60,513 nt of DNA, from positions 1 through 60,513 of the forward strand of contig CAZCRP010000001.1 in the NCBI GenBank assembly GCA_964501055.1, in the 5' to 3' direction. Position 1 is the stretch's first letter. Each line of letters opens with the position of its first letter. Source of the stretch: an uncultured Acidimicrobiaceae bacterium (GTDB lineage: Bacteria; Actinomycetota; Acidimicrobiia; Spongiisociales; ZC4RG35). Shown here piece by piece: positions 19,037 to 27,854 of the stretch. The notes below the pieces were generated by a model, which was given only the letters and a program-made list of their open reading frames with translations, had not been told where the DNA came from and did not search any database. The position numbers and the translations under genes are program-made.

Positions 19037-19275
19037 TGGCCAGGACACGTGTCAAGCTCCCGAACTTTGGGGACTCGGTGGATGCCGCGACACTCGTCGA
19101 GTGGCACGTGGGCACCGGTGATCGTGTGGAGCTCGAGCAAGTGCTGCTTACCGTTGAGACCGACAAGGTGGACGCCGATGGTCCGTCGCCCGTCGGAGGA
19201 GTGGTCGTCGAACTCCTTGCCGAGGCGGGGACGGAACTCCATGCCGGCGATCCGATCTGTGTGATCGAGACATGA
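19036..19275 (+). CDS. Stand-alone lipoyl/biotinyl-attachment domain protein (79 aa)
   Basis: TGATG junction with E1 alpha. The sequence VEWHVGTGDRVE...LLTVETDKVDADGPSP contains the ETDK lipoyl-lysine motif. There is no E2 catalytic domain. Confidence 0.8.
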   Translation: MARTRVKLPNFGDSVDAATLVEWHVGTGDRVELEQVLLTVETDKVDADGPSPVGGVVVELLAEAGTELHAGDPICVIET

Positions 19276-20012
19276 CCGACGTCGTGATCGTCACCGGTGC
19301 AGCCAGCGGAATCGGACCGAGTGTTGCGCGCGTCGTCCTGGAGCGTCACCAGACGACGCGAGTGGCGCTCGTGGATCGCGACATCGACATGCTCGAGCGG
19401 ACTACTGCCGCAATAGGGGAACGTGCGAGGGCGCATCTGTGCGACGTCTCGGATCCCGATGCGGTGGCGTCGATGGTCCCGGCGGCGGTAGACGATGATC
19501 GTCTCGTCGGACTGGTCAACTGCGCCGGTAGCCATCTCGATCGTCCGAGTCTCGATCTCACCCCTGCCGAGTGGCACGCGGTGTTGGGTGTACACCTCGA
19601 TGCCACGTTCTACATGTGTCAGGCGGCGGCCCGGCTGATGGTGGAGGGTGGGGGCGGCGCCATCGTCAATTTCTCGTCGGTCGCCCAGTCCTTCGGGTGG
19701 CCGCGACGACTTCCCTACGCCGTCGCCAAGGCCGCTGTCGGGGCGCTCACTCGCACGTTGGCGGTGGAGTGGGCACAGCACGGTATTCGCGTGAACGCCG
19801 TTGCTCCCGGATACGTGAACACACCGAGCATTGTGGTTGCGATCGAGCAGAAGATCTTCGATGCAGAATCCCGCCGGCTCGGCCATGCGCTCCAGCGGTT
19901 CGCCGAGCCGGTTGAGCTCGCTGAGGTGGTCGAGTTCCTCCTGTCGGATCGAGCATCGTTCATGACCGGGGAGGTCGTGAACGTCGATGGTGGATTCTCG
20001 GTGACAAAATGA
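19272..20012 (+). CDS. SDR-family oxidoreductase
   Basis: ATGA overlap with the upstream gene. TGAASGIG and YAVAKAAV motifs. Confidence 0.85.
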   Translation: MTDVVIVTGAASGIGPSVARVVLERHQTTRVALVDRDIDMLERTTAAIGERARAHLCDVSDPDAVASMVPAAVDDDRLVGLVNCAGSHLDRPSLDLTPAEWHAVLGVHLDATFYMCQAAARLMVEGGGGAIVNFSSVAQSFGWPRRLPYAVAKAAVGALTRTLAVEWAQHGIRVNAVAPGYVNTPSIVVAIEQKIFDAESRRLGHALQRFAEPVELAEVVEFLLSDRASFMTGEVVNVDGGFSVTK

Positions 20013-20025
20013 GGAGTGATCAGCC

Positions 20026-20436
20026 ATGAGCAACTACGTCGTGAGGGACCTCGATGTGCTCGTCGAAGGAGCGCTGGCGGTGCTCGACTCTGGTGTCGGC
20101 ACGGACAGGTTCCCCCTCATCGACGGCCGAGTTGTTGCCGTGCAGGCCTCGCCCGACCTTGAGTCGTCGGAGGACATGGCGTGGGGCATCTCTGCCCTGC
20201 CTGCGGGGTGCTCGGTGCCGGAGCACACGCATCGCGCCGAGGAGTTCGCGATGATCGTGCGCGGCTCCGGAACGATCGTGATCGAAGACGAGGAGATCCT
20301 GGTGTCGGAGGGATCCGTTGTCGTGACCCCTGCCCATCTGCGACATCGCACGACCGCCGGACCTGATGCTCCGATGGTTGTGTACTGGGTGTACGGACCT
20401 GCCGGCTCGGAAGCTCGCTGGCTCGACAAGAAGTGA
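20026..20436 (+). CDS. Cupin-domain protein
   Basis: Cupin motif 1 GCSVPEHTHRAEEFAMIVRG and motif 2 GSVVVTPAHLRH. GAGGAG RBS upstream. Confidence 0.7.
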   Translation: MSNYVVRDLDVLVEGALAVLDSGVGTDRFPLIDGRVVAVQASPDLESSEDMAWGISALPAGCSVPEHTHRAEEFAMIVRGSGTIVIEDEEILVSEGSVVVTPAHLRHRTTAGPDAPMVVYWVYGPAGSEARWLDKK

Positions 20437-20447
20437 AAGGTGAACGT

Positions 20448-20834
20448 ATGGACGTGCAGAGGGTGCCTTCGGAGAGGGCGTGGTCCCATGTCGGATACTC
20501 GCGCGCCGTGAGGGTGGGCGACGTGATCGAGGTCGCCGGGACCACAGCATCTGGGCCGGGCGGAGCCATCATCGCTCCTGGCGACATGTACGAGCAGGCC
20601 AAGTACTGCATCGATGTGATCAGGAAGGCGATCGAGGAGCTCGGCGGTCGCGTCGAGGATGTCGTACGTACCAGGGTCTTCCTGACGGACATCTCCCAGT
20701 GGGAGGAAGCCGGGCGCGCTCACGGAGAGGTGTTCGGCGAGATCCTGCCGGCGTCGGCGTTCGTCGGCGTCAGTGAGTTGCTCCATCCCGATCTGATGAT
20801 CGAAGTCGAGGCCACCGCCATCGTCCGGAGTTGA
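20448..20834 (+). CDS. RidA/YjgF-family protein (copy 2)
   Basis: Contains VIEVAGTTA...VVRTRVFLTD...MIEVEATAIV. The ATG is preceded by AAAGGTGA. An alternative GTG at 20433 overlaps the cupin stop. Confidence 0.8.
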   Translation: MDVQRVPSERAWSHVGYSRAVRVGDVIEVAGTTASGPGGAIIAPGDMYEQAKYCIDVIRKAIEELGGRVEDVVRTRVFLTDISQWEEAGRAHGEVFGEILPASAFVGVSELLHPDLMIEVEATAIVRS

Positions 20835-20938
20835 CCGGTTGCGGGCGTCGTAAGTCTGGCCCTCTGTTCCCAGGCGCGCTTTACCCACGCGAACGGTCGT
20901 GTTCTTGCGACCCTGGTTCGCCGAGAAGGCAGGTTTCT

Positions 20939-22417
20939 TCAGTCTTCCCAGGGTTCTTCGAGGTCGGCGTCCCATGGCCACAGGGGGCGGGGGATGCGGG
21001 TGTACGGGAGTGCCGTGAGGTCGCTGCCTGCGGGCCCGGGCACGTCGACGTCGATACAGGTGGCGATCTTCTCGTAATACTCTCGATAGGCCCCGGCCGA
21101 CTTGGGTTGCACGATCTTGGCGAGGCGCGGATCGAGTCCCACGCTCAGATACGCCTCGTAGTCGACCATACGGGGGCGGTGCGTCGTCACCATGATCGCG
21201 ATGCTCCCGATGTCGAGAACGGCGGTCGGCCCCATCTCTAGCCACCGGATGCCTCCGTAGTGGTTGAGGTAGTGGCCGTCGGTGAGTGTGCGGACCGTCC
21301 CTGAGACCTTCACGGGGGAGTAGAACTTCGGGTTGTACTTGCCGCCGAGTGTGGTGGTGACGGTGCCGCCGATTCCGGCGGCGATGCACTCTGCCACCGC
21401 TTCGCCGTCGCGCACCATGAGAATGCACGGCGCTGTCAGATCGGTTCTCGCGAGAAGGGCCTTGAGCAGCAGGTTTCCGTCACCGAGGCCGCCGGCGGTG
21501 GTGCTGTCCGCGCCCTCCGACAATGCGAATACGCCGTCTACGGCGAGGGCGGTGTCTATGGCCTCGTCGACGTCCGTCTTCTCGAGCAGGTACTCGTCGC
21601 GATGGTCCCAGGCCGTGCGGGCGATCGAATCTGCGGTCTCCTGCCCGAGGTCCTGGGCGGCGTCGGTGACGATCACCGTCGACCAACCCAGTTCGGAGAT
21701 GTCCAGCCACGGTTGGGTGCAGAACGCCGTCGCAGCCAAGATGCGGGGGTCCTCTTCGGCCTCGTGGAGGCGATCGATCACGCGCTTGTTCGGGAGCACG
21801 CGATCGTCGTGGGTCTCAGATGTCGTCAGCATGCGGTACTTCCGCATCGAGACCTTGGGGTGGACCTCGCCACGGATCGTTCGAACCAGGATTTCCATCG
21901 CTGCCTTCCCCGTGCGGCGGAGGTCGACATGGGGACAGGTCTGGTAGCCGACGATGATGTCAGCGCTTGCCGCCATGCGGGCGGTCATGTGGGTGTGGAG
22001 GTCGAATGTCGCTGCGATCGGCATCTCAGGACCGACCACCTCGCGCACCCTGGCGAGGATCTCCCCTTCGGCGTCGTCGAGGCTCTCGGTCACCATCGCG
22101 CCGTGGAGTCCGAGCATCACCCCATCGATGGAGTCCAGATTCGCCTTCACACCTTCGATGAGCATTCCGACGAAGTGCTCGAAGGCAGCATCGGCGACGA
22201 CAGGACCCGAGTGGGCCATCGCGTCGAACAGCGGGACGAGTTCGACGCTCTCGGCATCAGCGATATCGAGATAGCCGTCCATTTCGCGGTTGCCTGCCCG
22301 ACGAAGGACGTCTGCGCCCTCCGCGATCCCGTTCAGCTCGAAGTCGGCCAGCGACGTGACTCCCGGGACGAAACTGTGGCTCTCCTGACGAAGCAGCGCG
22401 ACGAGGACGCGTTCCAT
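20939..22417 (-). CDS. M81-family metallopeptidase, MlrC-like (intact copy 3)
   Basis: An internal ATG at 22417 is preceded by AGGAGA. The protein begins MERVLVALLRQESHSFVP and contains LHGAMV, GGLGDGN and IVQPKSAGAYREYY. Confidence 0.85.
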   Translation of the reverse strand: MERVLVALLRQESHSFVPGVTSLADFELNGIAEGADVLRRAGNREMDGYLDIADAESVELVPLFDAMAHSGPVVADAAFEHFVGMLIEGVKANLDSIDGVMLGLHGAMVTESLDDAEGEILARVREVVGPEMPIAATFDLHTHMTARMAASADIIVGYQTCPHVDLRRTGKAAMEILVRTIRGEVHPKVSMRKYRMLTTSETHDDRVLPNKRVIDRLHEAEEDPRILAATAFCTQPWLDISELGWSTVIVTDAAQDLGQETADSIARTAWDHRDEYLLEKTDVDEAIDTALAVDGVFALSEGADSTTAGGLGDGNLLLKALLARTDLTAPCILMVRDGEAVAECIAAGIGGTVTTTLGGKYNPKFYSPVKVSGTVRTLTDGHYLNHYGGIRWLEMGPTAVLDIGSIAIMVTTHRPRMVDYEAYLSVGLDPRLAKIVQPKSAGAYREYYEKIATCIDVDVPGPAGSDLTALPYTRIPRPLWPWDADLEEPWED

Positions 22418-22506
22418 TGTTCTCCTATCCGATTCGTGCCGCGCAGCATACCCATAACCCATATTCGATATCACGAACGAGTCGGTCGCCTACTCAAAGG
22501 GGATGG

Positions 22507-24117
22507 CTACGCCCTCGAATAGGCCACCGCACCGCCCAGCCGGCGCGGATCGGCCCCACCCCGGAAGTCGCCGTTCTCCACCATCGCCATCTGCACCGAG
22601 CCGAATGCCGGTTCGTAGTTGTGGAACGAGTGGACCAATTCCATACCTCGTGATCGGAGCTGCTCGACAGTCTTGGACGAGACACGCAGTTCCGCGTACA
22701 CCGGCTGGCCCTCACTGTGCAGGCGCGGTGCCGAGACGGCTTCCACCGGCGACATCCCGAAGTCCACGACGTTGCTGATCGCCTGCGCCACGGCGGAACT
22801 GATCGACCAACCGCCGGGGGCGCCGACCACCATCCACGGGGTCCCGTTCTTGCGGATGATCGTCGGAGAGACCGCGCTGGCCCGTGCTCTGCCCGGCTCG
22901 TAGGAGTTGGGACGACCAGGCACCGGATCCATCAGGCTCACACAGTCGTTCCAGGTGAACCCGGTGCCCGGGATCACGACGCCGGAGCATGTCGTCAGGG
23001 TCTGTGTGATCGACGCGCAGTTGCCTTGCTCGTCGATGATGGAGAGGTGGGTGGTGTCGCCCGGCATGTTGAGCTGGCGCCGGGTGGGGAGCTCGCCTAC
23101 GCGGATGCGGTCGGCGATTCGCGCTGCGTGCTCGTCGGACAGCAGTTCCTCGGTGGGAACCGGATTGAACGCGGGGTCGCTGAGGTGGTTGCCACGAGTC
23201 ACACCGACCCAGCTGAGGGCGGCCCCGACGATAAAGCAGTGGTCCGGTCCGCCGTGCTCCATAGACGACAGATCGAACTGGTTCAGGATGTTCAGTGCTT
23301 GCAGTGTGAGAAGTCCGCCACCCGGTACAGGCGACGAATGCACCTCAACGTGTCGATAACGCACGCGCAGCGGCGGCTCGATCGAGGGGCGGTAGTTCGC
23401 GAGATCCTCGCGAGTGACGAACGCTCCGTTGGCCTCGAAGTCGGCGATGATCGTGTCTGCCAGCCCTCCTCGGTAGAAGTCCTCGGCGCCATGGGTAGCG
23501 ATCCGTTCGATGGTGGCGGCCTGGTCCGGGTTCACGTAGTGCTCACCGGTTCGTTTCAACTCTCCGTCGGCGTTGTGGAACAGGACGCGGGCAGCGGGGG
23601 TGGCGGCGTACTTCTCCCGCGGATGGGGCATGCCTGGGAGGCTCGGCTGGTGGCCGCGATTGGCGACGTATTCGGGCATCGGGAAACCCTGCCGGCTCAA
23701 CTCGATGCTCGGCGCGAGGAGTTCGGACATCGATAGGGTGGAGAAACGACGGTGAATCTCGTCGAAGCCCGCGACAGTGCCCGGTGTCATGATGGAGCCG
23801 TAGCCGATCATGTTGCGCTGGTCGGCGAACAGGGCGAACCGCCATATCTCCGTGTAGCCCTCGATGTCGTCGACCCACATGTCGGGCGCCATGCGGGCAC
23901 CGATCCGTGGCCAGAAGCCGATGTGTTCGAACCGGTCGGCTGCAGCGTGATACAAGGTGGCTGCTCCCCAGCCGCCGAGTCCGCACATGAAGGGGTCCGT
24001 CACGATCTGCATGTATCCGGTGGCGATGGCCGCGTCGAACGCATTTCCGCCGCGTTCGAGGACCGCGGCGCCGGTCTCGACGGCGGCGGGCTGTGGGGCA
24101 ACGACGACGCCCTTCAT
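22507..24117 (-). CDS. ggt: Gamma-glutamyltransferase family protein
   Basis: The ATG at 24117 is preceded by AGGAAA. Begins MKGVVVAPQPAAVETG. Autoprocessing/nucleophile motif GDTTHLSIID, plus PGGWSI. Confidence 0.9.
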   Translation of the reverse strand: MKGVVVAPQPAAVETGAAVLERGGNAFDAAIATGYMQIVTDPFMCGLGGWGAATLYHAAADRFEHIGFWPRIGARMAPDMWVDDIEGYTEIWRFALFADQRNMIGYGSIMTPGTVAGFDEIHRRFSTLSMSELLAPSIELSRQGFPMPEYVANRGHQPSLPGMPHPREKYAATPAARVLFHNADGELKRTGEHYVNPDQAATIERIATHGAEDFYRGGLADTIIADFEANGAFVTREDLANYRPSIEPPLRVRYRHVEVHSSPVPGGGLLTLQALNILNQFDLSSMEHGGPDHCFIVGAALSWVGVTRGNHLSDPAFNPVPTEELLSDEHAARIADRIRVGELPTRRQLNMPGDTTHLSIIDEQGNCASITQTLTTCSGVVIPGTGFTWNDCVSLMDPVPGRPNSYEPGRARASAVSPTIIRKNGTPWMVVGAPGGWSISSAVAQAISNVVDFGMSPVEAVSAPRLHSEGQPVYAELRVSSKTVEQLRSRGMELVHSFHNYEPAFGSVQMAMVENGDFRGGADPRRLGGAVAYSRA

Positions 24118-24601
24118 GACATTTCCTGTGTGTGTAGCTGCCACTCACTGGTGGTGATCCGGTCTCCGAGCACCGAGGGATCGAAGGTTGCACCGATGCC
24201 GGGTACCGGAGTCAGGGTGAGTTCGCCGTTGGCGATTTCTTCGGCCGGGCTCACAACGGTCCTGCGATCGATCGGCTCCCCGAAGATGGTCGCCGATCCG
24301 ACGGCCGCGATGCCGGCGACGAGCCTGCGCAGGAACGACTCGGCGCGGCTCCCGCCATGACCGAGATGGTCGGTGATCCGTACGTCCAGTGCGTCGAGGT
24401 CGTCGCCAGACGGTTGGTTGCGAGGAGTGGTGCGACCGCCGAGATCACGGCTGCTCCGGCCTCCGAATCGCGGAGATCGGAGCACTCGCCCAGCCCTGTG
24501 AAACCGTCGGCCGTCGTGACCTCCGTCACAAACCACGTCGTTCGGTGGCTCACCGCGATCTGGTGGAGACGGACGGATTCGATGTATGGCGCAGTCGTCA
24601 T
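24114..24601 (-). pseudogene. Enolase-superfamily (mandelate racemase/muconate lactonizing) remnant with its middle deleted
   Basis: The N-terminal IESVRLHQIAVSHRTTWFVTEVTTADGFTGLGE and the C-terminal GELTLTPVPGIGATFDPSVL lie in two frames only about 490 nt apart. Both ATGA junctions, at 24598-24601 and 24114-24117, are intact. Confidence 0.5.
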
Positions 24602-26178
24602 GTCCGTCGGAGTACTCGTCCGGGCCGATCGGCAGACAGCGAGCCGTTCTCGACCATCACGGTCCCGGCCACCGCAACGATGTCGATTCCGGTCGGAGCG
24701 CCGGGTTCCTCGCCGAACTCCGCGTTGTCGCTTACCGTGGCGGGATCGAAGACGACGAAGTCGGCAACGGCTCCCTCGCGCAGCACGCCGCGGTCGGCGA
24801 GGCCGAGACGCCGCGCCGGTTCTCCCGTCATCTTATGAACGGCGTCGGCGAGCTGCAGGACACCCCTGTCACGCGTGTAGCGGCCGAGCACGCGGGGGAA
24901 GGTTCCGAAACTCCGGGGGTGCGGTCGTGCCGTCGGCTGGTGCAGCGGAATCGCGTTTCCGTCTGACCCCACAACCGAGAGCGGGTGGGCGAGGAACGTC
25001 TCCATGTCTTCCTCGGTCCGGTAGAAGAGGACCACCTGCATTTCGTTCCCGTATCGCTCGCAGAGTCGGATGGTGTGCTCGTACGGGTCGACGTCGGCTT
25101 CCGCGGCGAGGTCGGCAAGCGACGAGGCCACCCCGTACCCGTCGGGGGTGTGGCTCACCACGAAGCGGTCCCACAGCCAAGGAATGCCGCCAAACCATCC
25201 GGCGGTCATGTCGGAGAGTGCGCGATCCCGTTCGGCGGGATCGGCCATCCGCCGGCGGAGCTCCTCGGTTCCTCCGGCCTGGACCCACGGCGGGAGGTAT
25301 TGGGTGAGGGACGAGGACGAGGCGTGATACGGGTAGACGTCGAAGACGATGTCCACCCCGTCGTCACGCGCGTCCTCCAACATTCCCATGAGTTCTGCGC
25401 CTGTACCCCACCGGCTGGGATTGTTGATCGCCATGTGGCTGAACTCCACGGTGACCCCGGTTTCGCGTCCGAGGTCGATGGCTTCTCCCACCGAACCGCG
25501 TTCGAGTGTCCCGCTGACACGGGAGTGCGTTGCATAGAGGGCACCTCGCGCGGCGAGTACCCGAGCGAGGGCGGCCACCTCGTCGAAATCGCCGTAAGCG
25601 CTGGGCACGTGGGTGAGGCCGGTGCTCATCCCGAACGCCCCCTGGTCGAGGGCCACGGTGAGATCGCGTTCCATGCGGGCGAGTTCGTCTGCGGTCGGCG
25701 GCCTCTGATCGACGCCCATCGCTGCTACCCGGAGGGTGCCGTGGCCGGCGAGCGGGACGACATTGATCGCTAGTCCAGCGGCGGCGAGTGCCTCGGCATA
25801 GCCATCGAGGTCGGTCCACCACGGCACGATCGAGGCGGTGGCCCTGGCGAGATGGTCGGCGTGGAGATCGAGCCTGGACGGTTCGATCGGGAAGGCTGCG
25901 AACGAACAGTTGCCGACGACCTCGGTGGTGACGCCCTGACGGAGCTTGCTCTCGCCGGTGCCGTCCTCGACGAGCGTCAGATCCGAATGGGTGTGGATGT
26001 CGATGAAACCGGGGGCCAGGACCCGCCCGGCAACATCGATGGTTCGAGCGGCCGCCGCGTCTTCCGGAATCGTCCCGACGGCGGTGATGCGACCGTCGCG
26101 AGCGCCGAGATCAGACGCCCGCGCAGTCCGACCGGTGCCGTCGATCAGAGAGGCGTTGCGGATCACCAGATCGAACAT
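24598..26178 (-). CDS. N-acyl-D-amino-acid deacylase (D-aminoacylase) family amidohydrolase, copy 1
   Basis: 526 aa. Contains MFDLVIRNASLIDGTG, APGFIDIHTHSD and QGVTTEVVGNCSFAAFP. Confidence 0.9.
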   Translation of the reverse strand: MFDLVIRNASLIDGTGRTARASDLGARDGRITAVGTIPEDAAAARTIDVAGRVLAPGFIDIHTHSDLTLVEDGTGESKLRQGVTTEVVGNCSFAAFPIEPSRLDLHADHLARATASIVPWWTDLDGYAEALAAAGLAINVVPLAGHGTLRVAAMGVDQRPPTADELARMERDLTVALDQGAFGMSTGLTHVPSAYGDFDEVAALARVLAARGALYATHSRVSGTLERGSVGEAIDLGRETGVTVEFSHMAINNPSRWGTGAELMGMLEDARDDGVDIVFDVYPYHASSSSLTQYLPPWVQAGGTEELRRRMADPAERDRALSDMTAGWFGGIPWLWDRFVVSHTPDGYGVASSLADLAAEADVDPYEHTIRLCERYGNEMQVVLFYRTEEDMETFLAHPLSVVGSDGNAIPLHQPTARPHPRSFGTFPRVLGRYTRDRGVLQLADAVHKMTGEPARRLGLADRGVLREGAVADFVVFDPATVSDNAEFGEEPGAPTGIDIVAVAGTVMVENGSLSADRPGRVLRRT

Positions 26179-26632
26179 GAGATTCCTGTGTTTCGCATCG
26201 CGGACGGATCGTAGCGCTGGTGCACTAGCGTCCCTGGAGCCCGCGAATGCTCCCCATCAGGCCTGGCGGGAGCCGATCGAATCCGACCTCTCGACCTATC
26301 TTCCGTTCACTTCCGCCGTCGGGGCCGGAGCGTTCGTGTTTGTGAGTGGTCAGGCCTCCGTGGACGACGAGGGGACGATCATCCCTGACACTTTTGAAGA
26401 GGAAGTCGGCGCTCGCTGGACAACGTCGTTCGAGTCCTCGGGGACGCCGGGCTCCATGTTGCGTGATGTCGTGCGTGTGACGACGTACGTCCGCGACCCG
26501 GCCGATGGACCCCGCCACAACGAGATCCATCGCGAGTACTTCACCGACCCACTGCCAGCTCGGACGATCCTCTCGAATTGCCTGTCGCCTGCGCTCCGCT
26601 TCGAGGTGGATGTGATCGCAGTCCGTTCGTAA
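26177..26632 (+). CDS. RidA/YjgF-family protein (copy 3), probably damaged
   Basis: Contains FVFVSGQ...VVRVTTYVRD...PARTIL...FEVDVIAV. About 20 central codons read better in another frame (RSLDNVVRVLGDAGLHV). The only in-frame ATG, at 26177, overlaps the divergent D-aminoacylase start codon. Confidence 0.5.
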   Translation: MRFLCFASRTDRSAGALASLEPANAPHQAWREPIESDLSTYLPFTSAVGAGAFVFVSGQASVDDEGTIIPDTFEEEVGARWTTSFESSGTPGSMLRDVVRVTTYVRDPADGPRHNEIHREYFTDPLPARTILSNCLSPALRFEVDVIAVRS

Positions 26633-26634
26633 GT

Positions 26635-27603
26635 TCAGAGAGTCGACATGGGCGCGGTGGCCTGGATGAGCGCCCGGATGTAGCCGTAGGCGTAGAGACG
26701 GCCCAGCATCGTGTAACCGGGTGACCCCTCGTCCTCGCCGATGAGCTGGGGCACGTGGTCGGGCCGCACCGGGCCGTCGAAGCCAACCTCGCGATAGGCG
26801 CGCATGGCCTCGACCATGTCGGTCTGCCCGTTGTCCTGCCACGTTTCGGTGAACCGCTCCGGCGTTCCCTTGACATCCCTGAAGTGGACGTAGGCGATGT
26901 GTTGTCCCAGTCGGCGGATCGTGGCGGGGATGTCGATCCCCATCTCCGAGAATGTGCCCTGGCAGAAACCGATCGCATTGGCCGGGGACGGGACGAGTTC
27001 GACGAGTCGTTCGAATGCGGCGACGTCATACATGATCCGATCGTTGCCGAGCAGCGCGGGGAGAGGCGGGTCGTCGGGGTGCATCGCCATTGTCACCCCG
27101 GCCTCTTCTGCGACGGGGACCATCTCGGTCAGGAATGCTTCGAGATTTGTCCACAGTGCGTCGCGGGACATGCCGGACTCGGGTGGAGTCTCATGGTACG
27201 ACTCCCGTCCGGGGATGCCGGCGTTCCCCACCTCTGCGAGATCGAACGCCGTCACCTTGGCTCCGCCCCGCTCAGGAGCGTCGACGCGAGTTCGGATCCA
27301 GTCGGTTCCAGCCATGAAGTTGTAACACACCAGGGGAATCCCGATTTCGCCGAGATGTCTGACGAGTGCCTTCATCTGGGTCATCTCGGTGCCGTCGTCA
27401 CGTCCGAGCTTGATGGCGTGGATGGGGAGACCTCCCTCGATGACCCCGACCCGGAGCCCGAACGACTCGATCCTGGCCTTGGTCGCGTCGAGTTCGGACA
27501 GGTCCGGCCCAGGATTCCGGACCACGATCTCGTCCACCCCCGTTTGTGCAGCGAGCGTGAGGTTCAGATCGGAGAGGGGAGTCAGGACGGATGCGAGCTT
27601 CAT
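26635..27603 (-). CDS. uxuA: Mannonate dehydratase (UxuA family)
   Basis: Contains LVCYNFMAGTDWIRTR, YVHFRDVKG, RPDHVP and GYTMLGRLYAYGY. Confidence 0.8.
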   Translation of the reverse strand: MKLASVLTPLSDLNLTLAAQTGVDEIVVRNPGPDLSELDATKARIESFGLRVGVIEGGLPIHAIKLGRDDGTEMTQMKALVRHLGEIGIPLVCYNFMAGTDWIRTRVDAPERGGAKVTAFDLAEVGNAGIPGRESYHETPPESGMSRDALWTNLEAFLTEMVPVAEEAGVTMAMHPDDPPLPALLGNDRIMYDVAAFERLVELVPSPANAIGFCQGTFSEMGIDIPATIRRLGQHIAYVHFRDVKGTPERFTETWQDNGQTDMVEAMRAYREVGFDGPVRPDHVPQLIGEDEGSPGYTMLGRLYAYGYIRALIQATAPMSTL

Positions 27604-27854
27604 GTTCCAGCATGATAAGCAAAAACCCGTTCAGGTAATACGTAACGACGCATGCTCCTGGCGGCACCTTTCGGTCGTGTCCGTTTCTGCGCACTCGGTC
27701 GGTGTCACAGACGACGCGCCATCCCGTCGGAATGTGGTGCTGATCGTGTCGGCACAACGTGCCTCTCCGTTTCGCATGGTGGACCGCTCGCGAGGGGCGA
27801 GGCATCGATGGGCGCTGAGGGTGGATACTGTCAACTCCGGAGGTCGACCTGCGC

